A DNA stretch of 64,000 nucleotides from a virus (IMGVR_UViG_3300047562_003246:1-64000), one strand, 5' to 3'; positions 44,949 to 56,200 are shown, counted from the stretch's first letter. Made by a program: numbers and translations. Notes: generated by a model from the sequence alone, not told the origin.

Positions 44949-45326
44949 ATGAGCATTTTCAACATCCAAGACAACGGACCCACAGCACAACAACTTGCTG
45001 ATGGGTTTCTCAAAGAAGCCGATCTCAAAGCTGACCAAAACGTCCAAGAGATATACGACGGAATCCAACGGTTCTGGTACAGAAACAAGGACGCCGACGG
45101 CAATGGAGTGCTGGAAGGTGACGAGCCAACAGGCATCGAAACCTTGCAAGCAATGGGCACTCGGGCAGAGGCATTCCTAACAGTTGCTTATGCCAGAGTG
45201 CAGATGATCGTGACTATTCAAACCGCTTTGGGTGTGGAGCTTATCGACTTGTCGAAAGCCTCGGCACCTTACGATTTCACATTTAATCCAGACGGAAGTT
45301 TGAACACATGGACTCTCAAGAACTAA
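44949..45326 (+). CDS. probable tail fibre assembly/chaperone protein
   Basis: small gene directly after fibre A; similar size and position to 48981..49346. Confidence 0.5.
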   Translation: MSIFNIQDNGPTAQQLADGFLKEADLKADQNVQEIYDGIQRFWYRNKDADGNGVLEGDEPTGIETLQAMGTRAEAFLTVAYARVQMIVTIQTALGVELIDLSKASAPYDFTFNPDGSLNTWTLKN

Positions 45327-45484
45327 CACTCAAGCTGACCAAAGAAGAAGGTCAGCAGCTTTACGAATTGATCGACTTGGCTGTAAAAGCTGGAGGTGTG
45401 CAAGTCTCTCGGGCTGCTTTGCCCATCGTCGATAAGTTAATGGCTGAAGCACAAAAGCTGAGTGAACCTAAGGAAACTCAATAA
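45308..45484 (+). CDS. small helical protein (58 aa, not in ORF track)
   Basis: MDSQELTLKLTKEEGQQLYELIDLAVKAGGVQV... Confidence 0.65.
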   Translation: MDSQELTLKLTKEEGQQLYELIDLAVKAGGVQVSRAALPIVDKLMAEAQKLSEPKETQ

Positions 45485-45485
45485 C

Positions 45486-46199
45486 ATGACACGCATATAC
45501 ACGATACCAACAGCTTTCACATCAGAACGAATATATCGAACCATTGATGCTAGTAGTCTCACACTACTCAATCAGTTGTTCGGTGCTGCTCTAGCAATGG
45601 AGCAAGCACAAGAGGCAACGCCACTCACGCAATGGACTGGAGACTACTGGGGCAACCCACGAATGACTCCAGCCGAAGCAATGGAGAAATGGGGAGTTAC
45701 TAACGAGGTCCCAGTAGCCAACATTGCTCCTGGTGACATTAACCCGTTCTTTCGATTTATTGACGACATTACAAAGACCGGCAACACAATTAGTCGTGGC
45801 CCCACCATCACCACAATGGAAATGGTCAACGATGATGATATGTTCTGGATCGGTTCAGGCGTTGGTCGAATCTTACTGCTTTGTGCTGTAGGAGGTGAAC
45901 TAGAAGGTTGGCAAGTCTTCTTCAAAGTAGCCGAAGCTGACTACGAAGACGAAGTACCAGTTGGGTTTCCTTTTGGCACAACCACGGACCTAACTGATCC
46001 CGAAAACCCTGTCGAAGTTCAACGTAAATGGAGCGAGTGGAAAGACGAGTTCCACGAACACCAGCTAGTTGATGGGTATTACTACATCGCTTCCAACAGC
46101 TTTGATCGGATGTTAAAAGCCAGCGAGTGGTTTATGTTTGCACTTGCTGGATTAGCTGTAGTCACAGAATTACCTGTACCGGATATTACTCCCGAATAA
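45486..46199 (+). CDS. hypothetical protein in tail module
   Basis: ATG 45486 directly after previous stop. Confidence 0.65.
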   Translation: MTRIYTIPTAFTSERIYRTIDASSLTLLNQLFGAALAMEQAQEATPLTQWTGDYWGNPRMTPAEAMEKWGVTNEVPVANIAPGDINPFFRFIDDITKTGNTISRGPTITTMEMVNDDDMFWIGSGVGRILLLCAVGGELEGWQVFFKVAEADYEDEVPVGFPFGTTTDLTDPENPVEVQRKWSEWKDEFHEHQLVDGYYYIASNSFDRMLKASEWFMFALAGLAVVTELPVPDITPE

Positions 46200-46233
46200 T
46201 CAGGTAAATATTCATTTAAAGGGCTAAGTAGTT

Positions 46234-46440
46234 ATGTTCTTGCTATATTCTTTTCTGATCTGCTTAGCTATCGCTATTTGTCCGTTCCTGTTTCTGATTC
46301 CAGGATTCGATCGGTTGATCGGACATGAGTCCTCCGGTGCAGAATGGGCTTTATTGTTTTTCACGGTACCTTTTGGTGTCGTGTTGTTCTTGGTGAGTCT
46401 CCTTGGCAGAGTTGTTTATCTTCTGCTGACTAGAAACTAA
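46234..46440 (+). CDS. two-TM membrane protein
   Basis: two hydrophobic segments. Confidence 0.65.
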   Translation: MFLLYSFLICLAIAICPFLFLIPGFDRLIGHESSGAEWALLFFTVPFGVVLFLVSLLGRVVYLLLTRN

Positions 46441-46478
46441 TTCACTTTCGCTTTGAAGTCCGCCCGAGTGAAATTTCT

Positions 46479-48905
46479 ATGAGTGCGACAACGTTCGTCC
46501 CCCAATCCATCTACGCAACGCAAGCGGGCCTGGTCGGTGCCAATGCTGCTGGGCTTTGTCGTTTGTTGACGGCGGAAGAAGTGAAAGCCCTAGCCGGTTT
46601 GTCCGCCGCCGATTCGCCGACGTTTGCGGGCATGACCCTAAGTGGAAATTTGCAAGCAAACGGAGAAGTACGTTCACTCAATGGTGTTTACTCTAATCGC
46701 CTGTATATGGCAGGCGGCGTAGCCTTACTGGGTAATCACTCTGGACATTCTTTACAGCATAGCCCACAAGGATTGTATCTGTATGGGTCAGAGCTAGTTT
46801 TTGCTGTCCAAACGCCTGATACCACTTTAGCACGCAACGCTGTTGGTCAACTTGATATAAGAGGCAACAGCGGACTTCGCGTACGTAATTTTGCTAACAC
46901 CGCGAACGCTCCCATCGTCGCAAGTCAGTTTAACTCAAACAATCTTACAGCCAGTAATTACAACCTGGGTCTAGGGCAAAACGTTTCTAATGTCGCCTTT
47001 ACGGCAACGGCATTGGGTTGGTCGGCAGCAGCACCTCATACCAATTCTATTGCTATCGGAACCAGCGCAGCAACAAGTCAAGCTGGTCAACTATCTATAG
47101 GCAGCGCGCAAAATGTCACGCAAATGCGGTTTGGAGATGGGACTGCGAATGTTTCAATCGTAAACCCGATTACGGCAAGCGGAACGCTGCAAGCGGACGG
47201 ACAAATTCTGTTTGGTCCAAGCGACACGTCTTTCATCGACTCTACCGGAACAAACCTACGATTAGGAGTTAATAACTCCGCGCGTCTAACTGTCGACACG
47301 TCAGCAATTACAATAAACGATGCTGGGTTGTTACTAAGATGGGGTACAACCTCTGCATTCCCGGCTCTCAAACGCAACGGAACGGCAATAAATTTTCGTC
47401 TGGCAGATGATAGTGCCGACGCTCCTATCACCGCGTCACAAATTCAACTTTCCGGGTTTGGCGTCGTTCCCGGCAATTCTACGCAAGGACTGCGATTCGG
47501 TGATGGTTTTGCTGCTGATATAGTGAGAATGTTATCACGCTTCACTGGAATTGCGGGTGGAATACGACAACTACGGATCGCAGAAAACGCACACTTAGCA
47601 TGGGCTGCTAATCAAGGTACATCGTCAACCGATGTCACTTTGTCCCGTGACGCGACTGGTCCTAGTCTTCTTGCTCGTGTTAATGGCGGGCTACTGGTTA
47701 GAAATTTTGCAAATGACGCGGACGCTCCGATATCATGCGGAGCGATTACGGCAAGTGGAAGCGTAACAGTGAATGGTATTCCGTTGATCGGTGGAAATAC
47801 CGGAGCGACTGCTAACGCGGTGCTGCGGGCGGATGGAGTGGGAGGTACAACACTAAAAAACAGTGGCGTGACTATAGATGATACCGGAAATGTAGAGCTT
47901 AATGCCTCATCATGTCTACGCTTACGGAGTTCGACAGGGTTCCACGGAGGAGGCTCCAGACGAGTACTTGAAGTGTTGCTGAGTGCTCCAAATGAGACTG
48001 TGGTGACCGCATCTCTAGGTGAAAATGGACATTTAGATGCGAGGACCATCCTAAGTCAGAACACTGTCACTTGTGGAACACACGCAGGATTCAAAATTGG
48101 GGGAGGTTGGGGAGAATTCAATTCAGCTAGTACTTATGGACAGCGTACATTCGTTTCTAGCGTCTACAATACCGAAATACAGCACGGTCCTTCCTATGTT
48201 GCAAGAATTCGTAATCAGAACGGATCGTTAGGAAATCTTGAATTAGGGCAGATTACAAACGTTGCACAATCGGCTTCAACCGTTGCAACTATCATTCGAG
48301 GAGCCGCTTCCCAAACCGCCAATCTTACAGAATGGCAAGACAGTGTTGGTACGGTTGTCGCAAGCATGAGTTTAGAATTCCTCACGATGCCTGACAACAT
48401 AAACAGAGGAATACGATTTGGAACATCCGTTCACGCTCCACGAATAGGAGGCCTAGGAAGTGGGCGTACAATCCGATACGCAGTAGGAAACAACGCTTCT
48501 AGCATTTATTACTTCGATCCGAACGGTCTTAAAAATGACAGTGTAAACGATGGAGGCGAAGCATGGCTTCTGTCGGGCGGTGCTAATCGTAACCAGATAA
48601 TGACCATCAGTGGAACACTGCCTACAGGTGATTTCGCATCGCATTCGATTCGCGTGAGAGCAGGTAGTGCTTTTGCAAACGCTACGACCAACATCACTGG
48701 TGGAGATATTGAAATCCTTGCTGGCGATGGATCTGCAAACTCGGCAGGCAACGCAGACGGTGGTGACATCACACTGACAGCAGGCACCGGACACGGTACT
48801 GGGCGAGACGGCTTGATACTTCTCCAGAATCTTCCAACGGCAGATCCAGTGGTCACAGGAGCGCTCTGGAACGACGGTGGAACATTAAAGATTTCAGCCG
48901 GATAG
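46479..48905 (+). CDS. tail fibre-like protein B
   Basis: three internal repeats (L.R...G...RNFAN.A.API.A); C-terminus NLPTADPVVTGALWNDGGTLKISAG. Confidence 0.75.
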   Translation: MSATTFVPQSIYATQAGLVGANAAGLCRLLTAEEVKALAGLSAADSPTFAGMTLSGNLQANGEVRSLNGVYSNRLYMAGGVALLGNHSGHSLQHSPQGLYLYGSELVFAVQTPDTTLARNAVGQLDIRGNSGLRVRNFANTANAPIVASQFNSNNLTASNYNLGLGQNVSNVAFTATALGWSAAAPHTNSIAIGTSAATSQAGQLSIGSAQNVTQMRFGDGTANVSIVNPITASGTLQADGQILFGPSDTSFIDSTGTNLRLGVNNSARLTVDTSAITINDAGLLLRWGTTSAFPALKRNGTAINFRLADDSADAPITASQIQLSGFGVVPGNSTQGLRFGDGFAADIVRMLSRFTGIAGGIRQLRIAENAHLAWAANQGTSSTDVTLSRDATGPSLLARVNGGLLVRNFANDADAPISCGAITASGSVTVNGIPLIGGNTGATANAVLRADGVGGTTLKNSGVTIDDTGNVELNASSCLRLRSSTGFHGGGSRRVLEVLLSAPNETVVTASLGENGHLDARTILSQNTVTCGTHAGFKIGGGWGEFNSASTYGQRTFVSSVYNTEIQHGPSYVARIRNQNGSLGNLELGQITNVAQSASTVATIIRGAASQTANLTEWQDSVGTVVASMSLEFLTMPDNINRGIRFGTSVHAPRIGGLGSGRTIRYAVGNNASSIYYFDPNGLKNDSVNDGGEAWLLSGGANRNQIMTISGTLPTGDFASHSIRVRAGSAFANATTNITGGDIEILAGDGSANSAGNADGGDITLTAGTGHGTGRDGLILLQNLPTADPVVTGALWNDGGTLKISAG

Positions 48906-48980
48906 CGTATAGTTTTGATTCCTTTTAGCCGCAGCCCGTAGCTACGGCTTAATTTCCTCTTAGTTTTGAAAGGTACAGAA

Positions 48981-49346
48981 ATGTCAGATTTTCTAAATGC
49001 AGAAATCGCCAAGCTCGCAAACCCACAACAGAACCAGCCAACCCGTGGACAACGCGCCAAGGAGTCAGCTGACGCGATCAAGCAGATTGCGGTTCAGAGT
49101 GTTGTGCAGTTCGTCAACAACATTAACCAGGGCTTCCAGTTGATTTGGCAGAACCAGATGGGCCTGTCGCCTCAAGAGGTCTGTGATGCCTTGGGAACTG
49201 ACGCACGCGGTGTGTTTGAACGACACGCAGCAACCGCCCAGTTCTTAGTTACGCAGGCCCCTGCCATCGCGGCTTTGTTGGCAACTGTTCCCGATGGATA
49301 TACGATTTCCTACAACGAAGACGGTACGGTCGTCATCAGCGAGTAA
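48981..49346 (+). CDS. probable tail fibre assembly/chaperone protein
   Basis: follows fibre B; C-terminal YTISYNEDGTV resembles YDFTFNPDGSL of 44949..45326. Confidence 0.55.
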   Translation: MSDFLNAEIAKLANPQQNQPTRGQRAKESADAIKQIAVQSVVQFVNNINQGFQLIWQNQMGLSPQEVCDALGTDARGVFERHAATAQFLVTQAPAIAALLATVPDGYTISYNEDGTVVISE

Positions 49347-49365
49347 CAGTTTCCAAAAGTGACCT

Positions 49366-50223
49366 ATGACCACGCAAACCCTCGAATTCAACGCTCCTAG
49401 TGGGCTCACTTTAAGCTGCAAATTGTTCGCGATTGGCAGCGATACAGTGATCGCTACACAGACGGCATCTGAAAAGACAAACGATAAAAATCGTTACGCA
49501 GTTGAGTTTGAAGATATTCCTGCCGGAGTCTATCGACTAAACGCCTTTGTCGAGACGGTTGGAGGGTTTGCGAATGAACTGTATGATCTTGAACCGGTTA
49601 CAAAGACATTTTTGCCTCGCGGAGAATACAGTCCTGAACCTGTCGGGATCTATCAAATCACCGTGAATGTTACCAGCGGCGGTGTCGGAGTGGCTGGCTG
49701 TGGCATCTCCATCGCAGGTTTAGGTACGATCCCTCGTACAAATCTTCAGGGCCAAGCGATAATTAGCGTTGACTCTGGTACGTATCAGTTGCGGGTGCTT
49801 CCGCCAACAGGGTTTCTTGGTGTCCCAAATATAAATGCAGTAGTATCTGATGAAGATATTACTGTTCCGGTAGTATTAACGAGCACAATGATGCCAGAGA
49901 ATTTACCTCCAGGAATCTGTCGATTGTTTACTTACGTAATTGACGGTGAAGGTAAACCTGTCGAAGGTGTCGTGCTTAAAGCTACGCTCATGGATCTTAA
50001 TGTCACAACGACTTCTGTGGCTGTCGCTATTGCGCCGGTACAGGCTGTCAGTGACGAGAATGGTTACGTAGGTGTGGACGTTATCCAGGGCGGACAAATC
50101 ATCACTGGAAACAAAAAGTACCGAATTGAACTGTTCGATACGAACAACAAGGTGAGGCTGCGAATCAATGCAGTTATTCCTGACCAAGACTCTTATAACA
50201 TTAAAGATTTAGTCGGCGTGTAA
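49366..50223 (+). CDS. virion protein with carboxypeptidase-regulatory-like (prealbumin-fold) domains
   Basis: ITVNV...GVAG..I...TNLQGQAII.V.SGTYQLRV; second PVEGVVL...SDENG unit. Confidence 0.55.
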   Translation: MTTQTLEFNAPSGLTLSCKLFAIGSDTVIATQTASEKTNDKNRYAVEFEDIPAGVYRLNAFVETVGGFANELYDLEPVTKTFLPRGEYSPEPVGIYQITVNVTSGGVGVAGCGISIAGLGTIPRTNLQGQAIISVDSGTYQLRVLPPTGFLGVPNINAVVSDEDITVPVVLTSTMMPENLPPGICRLFTYVIDGEGKPVEGVVLKATLMDLNVTTTSVAVAIAPVQAVSDENGYVGVDVIQGGQIITGNKKYRIELFDTNNKVRLRINAVIPDQDSYNIKDLVGV

Positions 50224-50447
50224 GCAGTTAGTTTGCTGTAAATTACCAAAGCTGGGTAAGTTGATCTTTTTAAACAACCTAGAGACTTTCAACTTATCCA
50301 CTTTTTGTACTTATCTATCGCATAAAGATTCTTGTTCTGTTTACTTAGCCGTTTGTTTTTGCTAAACACAGAACATCTGGCACTACTGGTTTTGGAAAGT
50401 GCTTTCCAGTGTAGTGCTGAATTTTTACATGACTCAAAGGTGGCGTC

Positions 50448-50948
50448 ATGATGCGGTTAGTTTTGACAGGAGTGCTGTTTGTTTGTTGCTCAAATGTTTT
50501 TGCTCAGCAAATTATCTTTAGCACAAAGAATGGGCTGATCGGTAGAATCGCCCAAAGGATCACTGGAGACTTCTATACTCACACGGCAATTGTGTTGCCC
50601 GATGCACAAGGTAGACAGTGGGTGTATGAACAGGACTGGCCGAGAGCCAAAAAAGTACCGCTCAGTCAGTATGGCAAGCGAAGAACGATCAACGACGTTT
50701 ACGCTCTACCACTATCTGGTTCACAGATAGCCGCAATGCGAAATCACGCTGAATCGCGACTTGGCGAACCTTACAGACTCCGTGCTTACTTTAGGCCGGG
50801 AGCCAGATCAAATGGGACTTGGTGTTCCAATTATGTAGGTCAGGTTCTTAATGCTGGCGGCTACAATATCAGCAGACAAGGAATGCATGAGCCGGAAAAT
50901 TTGCGACAACAAATTAGCCCTCAATTCCAGTACAGCTATTACAGATAG
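50448..50948 (+). CDS. permuted papain-like amidase (YiiX/YebB-like NlpC/P60) with signal peptide
   Basis: YTHTAIV (His), VYE, LGEPY, WCSNYV (Cys after His), PENL. Confidence 0.75.
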   Translation: MMRLVLTGVLFVCCSNVFAQQIIFSTKNGLIGRIAQRITGDFYTHTAIVLPDAQGRQWVYEQDWPRAKKVPLSQYGKRRTINDVYALPLSGSQIAAMRNHAESRLGEPYRLRAYFRPGARSNGTWCSNYVGQVLNAGGYNISRQGMHEPENLRQQISPQFQYSYYR

Positions 50949-50964
50949 TCGTCAGGAAAGTTAA

Positions 50965-51216
50965 ATGCCCGCTTCCAAGATTCGTGAACGTATCGGTTAT
51001 ATCAACGAATGGATCAGCCAGGGCATTAATGTTTTCACAGGCGGGTATCCTGACGAAATGTTTTCAGCCAGAGCGTTCAGAACAAAAAACTGGACGCTCT
51101 TTTTTATTGATGCAGTCTTTGGACGTGGCCACTGCGAAGAAATGTATAAGTACGAGTGGTCAAGAAAGTCACAGCATCCGCACTATAACCAGCAGAACAG
51201 ACCTAGCGATATCTAA
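50965..51216 (+). CDS. small conserved phage protein
   Basis: DEMFSARAFR...IDAVF...HC pattern. Confidence 0.65.
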   Translation: MPASKIRERIGYINEWISQGINVFTGGYPDEMFSARAFRTKNWTLFFIDAVFGRGHCEEMYKYEWSRKSQHPHYNQQNRPSDI

Positions 51217-51284
51217 ATTTTTCGCTTATTTGCACCATATATACATGGTGTACACTTTAGTCATGAAGACTCAAGGAGGTCAGG

Positions 51285-51392
51285 ATGGATCCTATATCTG
51301 TAGCCTTGTTCGCAGGGCTGTCTGTTCCAGTGGCAGTGTTAATCTCGATTCTCGTTGATCAAATACTTGATCGTATCGAGCCGCGAGAATAA
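51285..51392 (+). CDS. 35-aa single-TM peptide (not in ORF track)
   Basis: perfect AAGGAGG RBS; MDPISVALFAGLSVPVAVLISILVDQILDRIEPRE. Confidence 0.6.
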   Translation: MDPISVALFAGLSVPVAVLISILVDQILDRIEPRE

Positions 51393-51419
51393 CGCAGCCA
51401 AACTTGCTTAGAGGATAAT

Positions 51420-51788
51420 ATGCAAGTAGCAAAAGTTTTGGACGTATTTCTAGATGAAAACGTCCACTGCTGCTCACCGCAGCAATTGGCTCATACTGAT
51501 GAGCCTATTCTTTTCATCCCAGGAGCGTATGCCTGGGAGAACGATGGGCGAATTCTTGTGGCTGTTGTCAAGCCAAGCGGACCAGTAAGCCTCGAAGGCT
51601 TTGGGCTGTTGCTTGAAGACAGCCGACAAGAAGTAACAAAGCTAGATGGAATTAAGCTAATTCCACTAGCTGAAGGTCTTTTGAAGAAAGACCTGTCACG
51701 GCTTGATCAGCATTTTATGAAGCTGATCGAGATTTTCAAAGAAGTCGCTGGAATGTTTCCGGCGACAGAACTCAACGCCGAGGATTGA
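51420..51788 (+). CDS. hypothetical protein
   Basis: GAGGA RBS. Confidence 0.7.
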   Translation: MQVAKVLDVFLDENVHCCSPQQLAHTDEPILFIPGAYAWENDGRILVAVVKPSGPVSLEGFGLLLEDSRQEVTKLDGIKLIPLAEGLLKKDLSRLDQHFMKLIEIFKEVAGMFPATELNAED

Positions 51789-51967
51789 TAATGTACCTGT
51801 GCGTAATTTTGGGAGGCATCGCTGTGATTACAGCGATAGCCTCTCTGTTTCCACAGAAAGATGTGGAACTGGAAAAACGGTTAACTGACCAGCTAGTCAC
51901 AGCTGATCAGAGAACAAAATTCGAAGAGGTGCTTGATTTCAATCACCCCTCGAAATTCAAGTGGTAA
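51785..51967 (+). CDS. small membrane-anchored protein
   Basis: N-terminal TM helix. Confidence 0.55.
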   Translation: MIMYLCVILGGIAVITAIASLFPQKDVELEKRLTDQLVTADQRTKFEEVLDFNHPSKFKW

Positions 51968-51998
51968 TTAGCAGGTAAGCCTGCAAGTTACTACAATG

Positions 51999-52044
51999 GA
52001 GTCAACACGATATTTTTCTTGTTGGCTCTTTTTTTTTTAGCTAT
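51999..52044 (+). terminator. intrinsic terminator followed by AGCTAT
   Basis: GAGTCAACA/TGTTGGCTC stem plus T10. Confidence 0.75.
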
Positions 52045-52064
52045 CACAACTATTCGGCAAAAAC

Positions 52065-53261
52065 ATGGAACAAGGATTCACATCACTGTCTGCGGGTATC
52101 GCCGAAATCGATCAGGCGGTTACCGATAAAACAACAGCCGATTTGGTGACAAATACAGGTCTCGGTGCTGTTCTGCGTAGGATCCTGCGCACGGTTTACG
52201 AGATAAATCCCGATGTTTCTGGTACCTGTCAGAACTGTTTTTTCTACGGGCAAGGAGCACCTGCTGCTGAGTTAGGCAAAGAAGATGACTGGTATTTGCA
52301 GATCGACACCGGAGACATATGGGCGCATTCCGGTGCAAGTGCACAAAATACGCCTGCTCCCATACCAGTTGATATTGAAGTCATTACCGAAGAAGACTTG
52401 GAAAACTTTTTTGGTAGCTGGGCGAAAACTGGTATCACGCTTAAGGGTCCAACGGGTCCAACTGGATTAACCGGACCCGCAGGAACCAACGGTACTAACG
52501 GAGCTTCAGTCGATGTTCGTATGTCTGGAACAGAACTACAAACAAAATTGACTAATCAGCTGGATACAAGTTACGTAACTAGATTTGATTTTGCAGATAT
52601 TACGCCAGTTGTAACGGTTAGCCCTGATTTAGATCTAAATTACCGTTTAGCTGGCGATGCTCCAGAAGAAGCTGCAACGATATTTGATCTAGCGTCCTTG
52701 ACGCCAAGAATGCGTGTCGATTCTAACAAGCTCCAGTGGAAGCTCACAGTTCAGCCTGACACCGATTATGTAGACGTTCTAAATCTCAATACGATTACGC
52801 CAGTATTTCGTATTGTCAATCGTGATGTGCAGTACAAATATGCTAGCCAAGCCGACAGTAGCTACACGTCTATCGGGGAATTAGATAGCGCTTCACAGTT
52901 AGACGGTGATATTATCCCGGTCAGCGTTGCGCTCAGTAATATTACTCCGGACACAACCCCTGAACAAGTAACAGCAGCAGACCAGCTCGGTGCGATCATA
53001 AAAGGCATCGATAATGCACTGACGCAGGCCCCTTTAAAAATGCGGGCTGTGCAAGTTGACGCGGCTATGGTTACCGCTAGATCGGTGAATTTTTCTGTCG
53101 AGCTTCGTGACCCGGCGAATGCTGTGGTAGTATTAGATGGATCCTTCCGACCAGCTGGACAGGTCTCAGTCAACGCTAACGGCGTAATGACTTGGGCAGC
53201 TGGAGGTGCCTTTGCCAGTGCTATAACTAGCTCAAGCTATGTAATACTGTTCTCTAACTGA
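52065..53261 (+). CDS. collagen-repeat tail fibre/virion protein
   Basis: GQGAPAAELGKEDDWYLQIDTGDIW; GPTGPTGLTGPAGTNGTNG; three short internal repeats. Confidence 0.7.
   Translation: MEQGFTSLSAGIAEIDQAVTDKTTADLVTNTGLGAVLRRILRTVYEINPDVSGTCQNCFFYGQGAPAAELGKEDDWYLQIDTGDIWAHSGASAQNTPAPIPVDIEVITEEDLENFFGSWAKTGITLKGPTGPTGLTGPAGTNGTNGASVDVRMSGTELQTKLTNQLDTSYVTRFDFADITPVVTVSPDLDLNYRLAGDAPEEAATIFDLASLTPRMRVDSNKLQWKLTVQPDTDYVDVLNLNTITPVFRIVNRDVQYKYASQADSSYTSIGELDSASQLDGDIIPVSVALSNITPDTTPEQVTAADQLGAIIKGIDNALTQAPLKMRAVQVDAAMVTARSVNFSVELRDPANAVVVLDGSFRPAGQVSVNANGVMTWAAGGAFASAITSSSYVILFSN
52177..52190 (-). repeat. dispersed 14-bp motif, copy 10 (coding, reads RRILR)
   Basis: GTAGGATCCTGCGC on + strand. 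Confidence 0.95.
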
Positions 53262-53279
53262 GAACTCTATTACACAGGC

Positions 53280-56200
53280 TTGCAAATGCGTCCAGAACAG
53301 AAGCTTCATTTAGCCCAAGAAACGCCAAATTTAAATCAAAGACTATCTCGTTTAGGTGCTCAGTATTCAGGCACCTGCGTGATCTTTGATTCGACATTCG
53401 GACAGGAATTGGACTTATCGCTATCTTTTGTCGGCGAAGATCCGAATTATCTGTGGGTTAGGGCGGTTTTTAGCAAACCACCAGCAAACTTATCGACAGC
53501 GTCTTTTACAATCACTGGACCGATTACAGCACATAGTCTGTCGGGACAAGATCGCAGTTTTGTATTTGTGCTGCAAAAAACAGGGTTTGGACAAGCTTCG
53601 ATCAGCATTGCTACCAATACCGTTGCTGACGAAGCTGGTGAGTTTTTCCCTGCAACTGGACCTATCATCAGGGATATTAACGCAAGGCCGATACCTGTCA
53701 TCACCGGGCCAACTCAGGTATCTGTAGGCACAACCCAGTTGACGATCACCTTCAATGAAGATGTTACTGGTTTATCGATTGCAGACTTTGTTGTCACTGG
53801 AGGCTCGGTTAATTCGCTAGTAGGTTCCGGAGATAGTTACACGTTTAATTTGGAAGTCGCAAGTATCCAGACCGAAGTACAAGTCGTGTTGCCAGCCGGT
53901 GTGTGTCAAGCGGCTAACCTCAGTACGAATGTTGATTCCAATATTTATGCGCCCGTTACCAGTAAAGGGCCGCTAACGGCAACTGTTAAACCGACTAAAG
54001 CTATTTTCTCGACTTTCTTAACTACGTTTTTAATTGAGTGGAACGCGGACGTAGATGATTCGTTTTCGCAGCAAGATCTGAGTGTTAATACAGGAACTAT
54101 CACAGGATTTACAAAAATCACTCCAAGTAAATTCCTAGTCAATGTCACAGTGACAGAAGACACAACAGTGACTCTGACAGTTGTAGCCGAGACTGTTACT
54201 TTGCTTGGATACGATCCAAACCTCGCAGCCTCTGGTTCTTGTCAAGTATCTACGACTGCCCTTACTTTTACGTTAGTGCCTCCGACTGGTTGGCTTAATG
54301 GAGAAGCAGTTATCGAAGTCATAGCCAACGGACCTCACTCTGGTTTATTAGCAAGTGATTTTGTGGTGCAAAACGGTGTCGTACTTGACTGGTCTCCTGT
54401 TGGTAATGGAGGCAGCCTCACGGTGGCACCGACAAGCTACGGTCGAGAAGTTGTGCTTGCTGTCAGTATACCTGCAGGTGTAGCAGTTAATCCGGCAGGT
54501 TTAGAGAATAACGCTGCTGGTCCTGTTCAAGTTTTTCATGATTCGCTGCCTCCAGCAATTACGTTTGTAAGTTTCACTAGGATAGGCGACGAATATGAAT
54601 TTGCATTTCGTACCAGCGAGATTGTTGTCAGGGTATTAGATTACTCACATCCAGAGTCCAGTAGCACTGTATTTACAGGCGAAGGACTTAACTGGGTTGT
54701 CCGAGTAAATCCTATTGCCGATAAGGGTAATTTGCAGATTAACTTTCCTGCAGGATTGTTTGCAGACAAAGCTTATAACGTCTCAGCTGCTGTCAGCTCC
54801 CCGGTTTATCCGTTTGACACAGTTGGTCCGGTAGGTGACTGGCAACTTGTAGCCGATGGTCACGCAATTACTCGGGTAACAAATAAGAAAAATCGAGCGT
54901 TCATACTCACGTTCGATTCGCAACTATCTGCAGAGCTAACAATAGACAAACTAACAACAAGTACTGGACTGGTTGTTTCTGGGTTAGAAGTGATACAACC
55001 GAGAAGAGTTTATCGCGTATCGACCGTCAATTCTGGTTTAACTGGTATTGCACAGTTATCTCTACCCGTTGGGTCTGTTCGCGATATGTTTGACAACATT
55101 AATACGACTGCAAGTACGGTTAATTGGGATTTCGATTTTGTAAAGCCTGTTGTCAGTGATTGGTCGGCTACGGTAGACGAACGCAACGTATTGTTTGTTA
55201 TTGAATTTAACGAAAATGTTTCTCGAAATGTCGGTAACTTTCAGGTACTAACACAAAACCTGACAGTACTGGATGTGACTTTTAGTTCTAGGATTATTAC
55301 CGTCAGTACTACGGTCAATAGTTCAACACCATCTAACAATCTGCAGGTAGGAATTGCCCTGCCTCAAAATTTTGTACTAGACATAGCAGACAACGGTAAC
55401 GATCAGACGATTTACTTTACAACGATTGTCGATACTGCTGGACCTACTGTAACAATTACCAGTCCACAGCATCCACAAACAAGTTCGCAGTTAGTTACGT
55501 TCGGTATCGAATCTAGTGATCCACTATCTAGTGACTTAGTTCGTAGTCAGCTGCAGTTGGTCAACGCTACGCTAGATCCGTTAAGCGATCTTGATACAAG
55601 TTTTGTCATCAATACGCCCGGTAGAGTTTATACCGCAACAGTAAGAGCTGTTCAGGACGGCGAAGTCAGATTAACAGTACCCGCTAATATTCTTTTGGAC
55701 CTAGACGGGAATCCAAACTCGCAAGGAAGTTTGACGGTTCTTGTAGGTAGCAGGTTTAATCTTACACTAGCATTTTCTGCAGGATCAAAACCAGATACTA
55801 GGGTTCTTACAGTTAGCTCTTCGATTGCGATTGATCAAAGTTCGTTGACAGTCAGCGACATCAATCCATCTGAAGGTGCTCTAAGTGTAGAGGCAGGTGA
55901 TTCGTTTAATAGATTTGTTATTCAGCTCAACCCAGCACTGACAACAGCAAGAGCTACGATACCGTCAGGGGAAGTTTTATCAACAACGGGTCGAGTTAAT
56001 AATCAGGCGACTCAGCAGACTAGCTACGCTGCGATGCTTGCTTCAGCGATTATGACTTCGACGACTCAGCAAGTTAGACGCAACGTAGATATTCCAGTTG
56101 ATATCACTTGGAACATTAGAGTTCAGCGGTTTACCGTTGCTGATCTAAAGATCGGTATTAGAAACGTAGACTTGCAGATAATTACTGGCACAGGCTTTGT

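Noticed and set aside
44866-48905. Invertible shufflon between the two fibre C-termini
   Set aside because: Same orientation, DNA diverged, no inverted crossover sites or invertase.
50984-51358. 124-aa + strand ORF
   Set aside because: Overlaps 50965..51216 and the 35-aa peptide with a perfect RBS; no motif, so likely a shadow frame.
429-53145. Other GGATCC sites (about 429, 19392, 33480, 37468, 51287, 53139)
   Set aside because: Flanks do not match the 14-bp motif; consistent with background.
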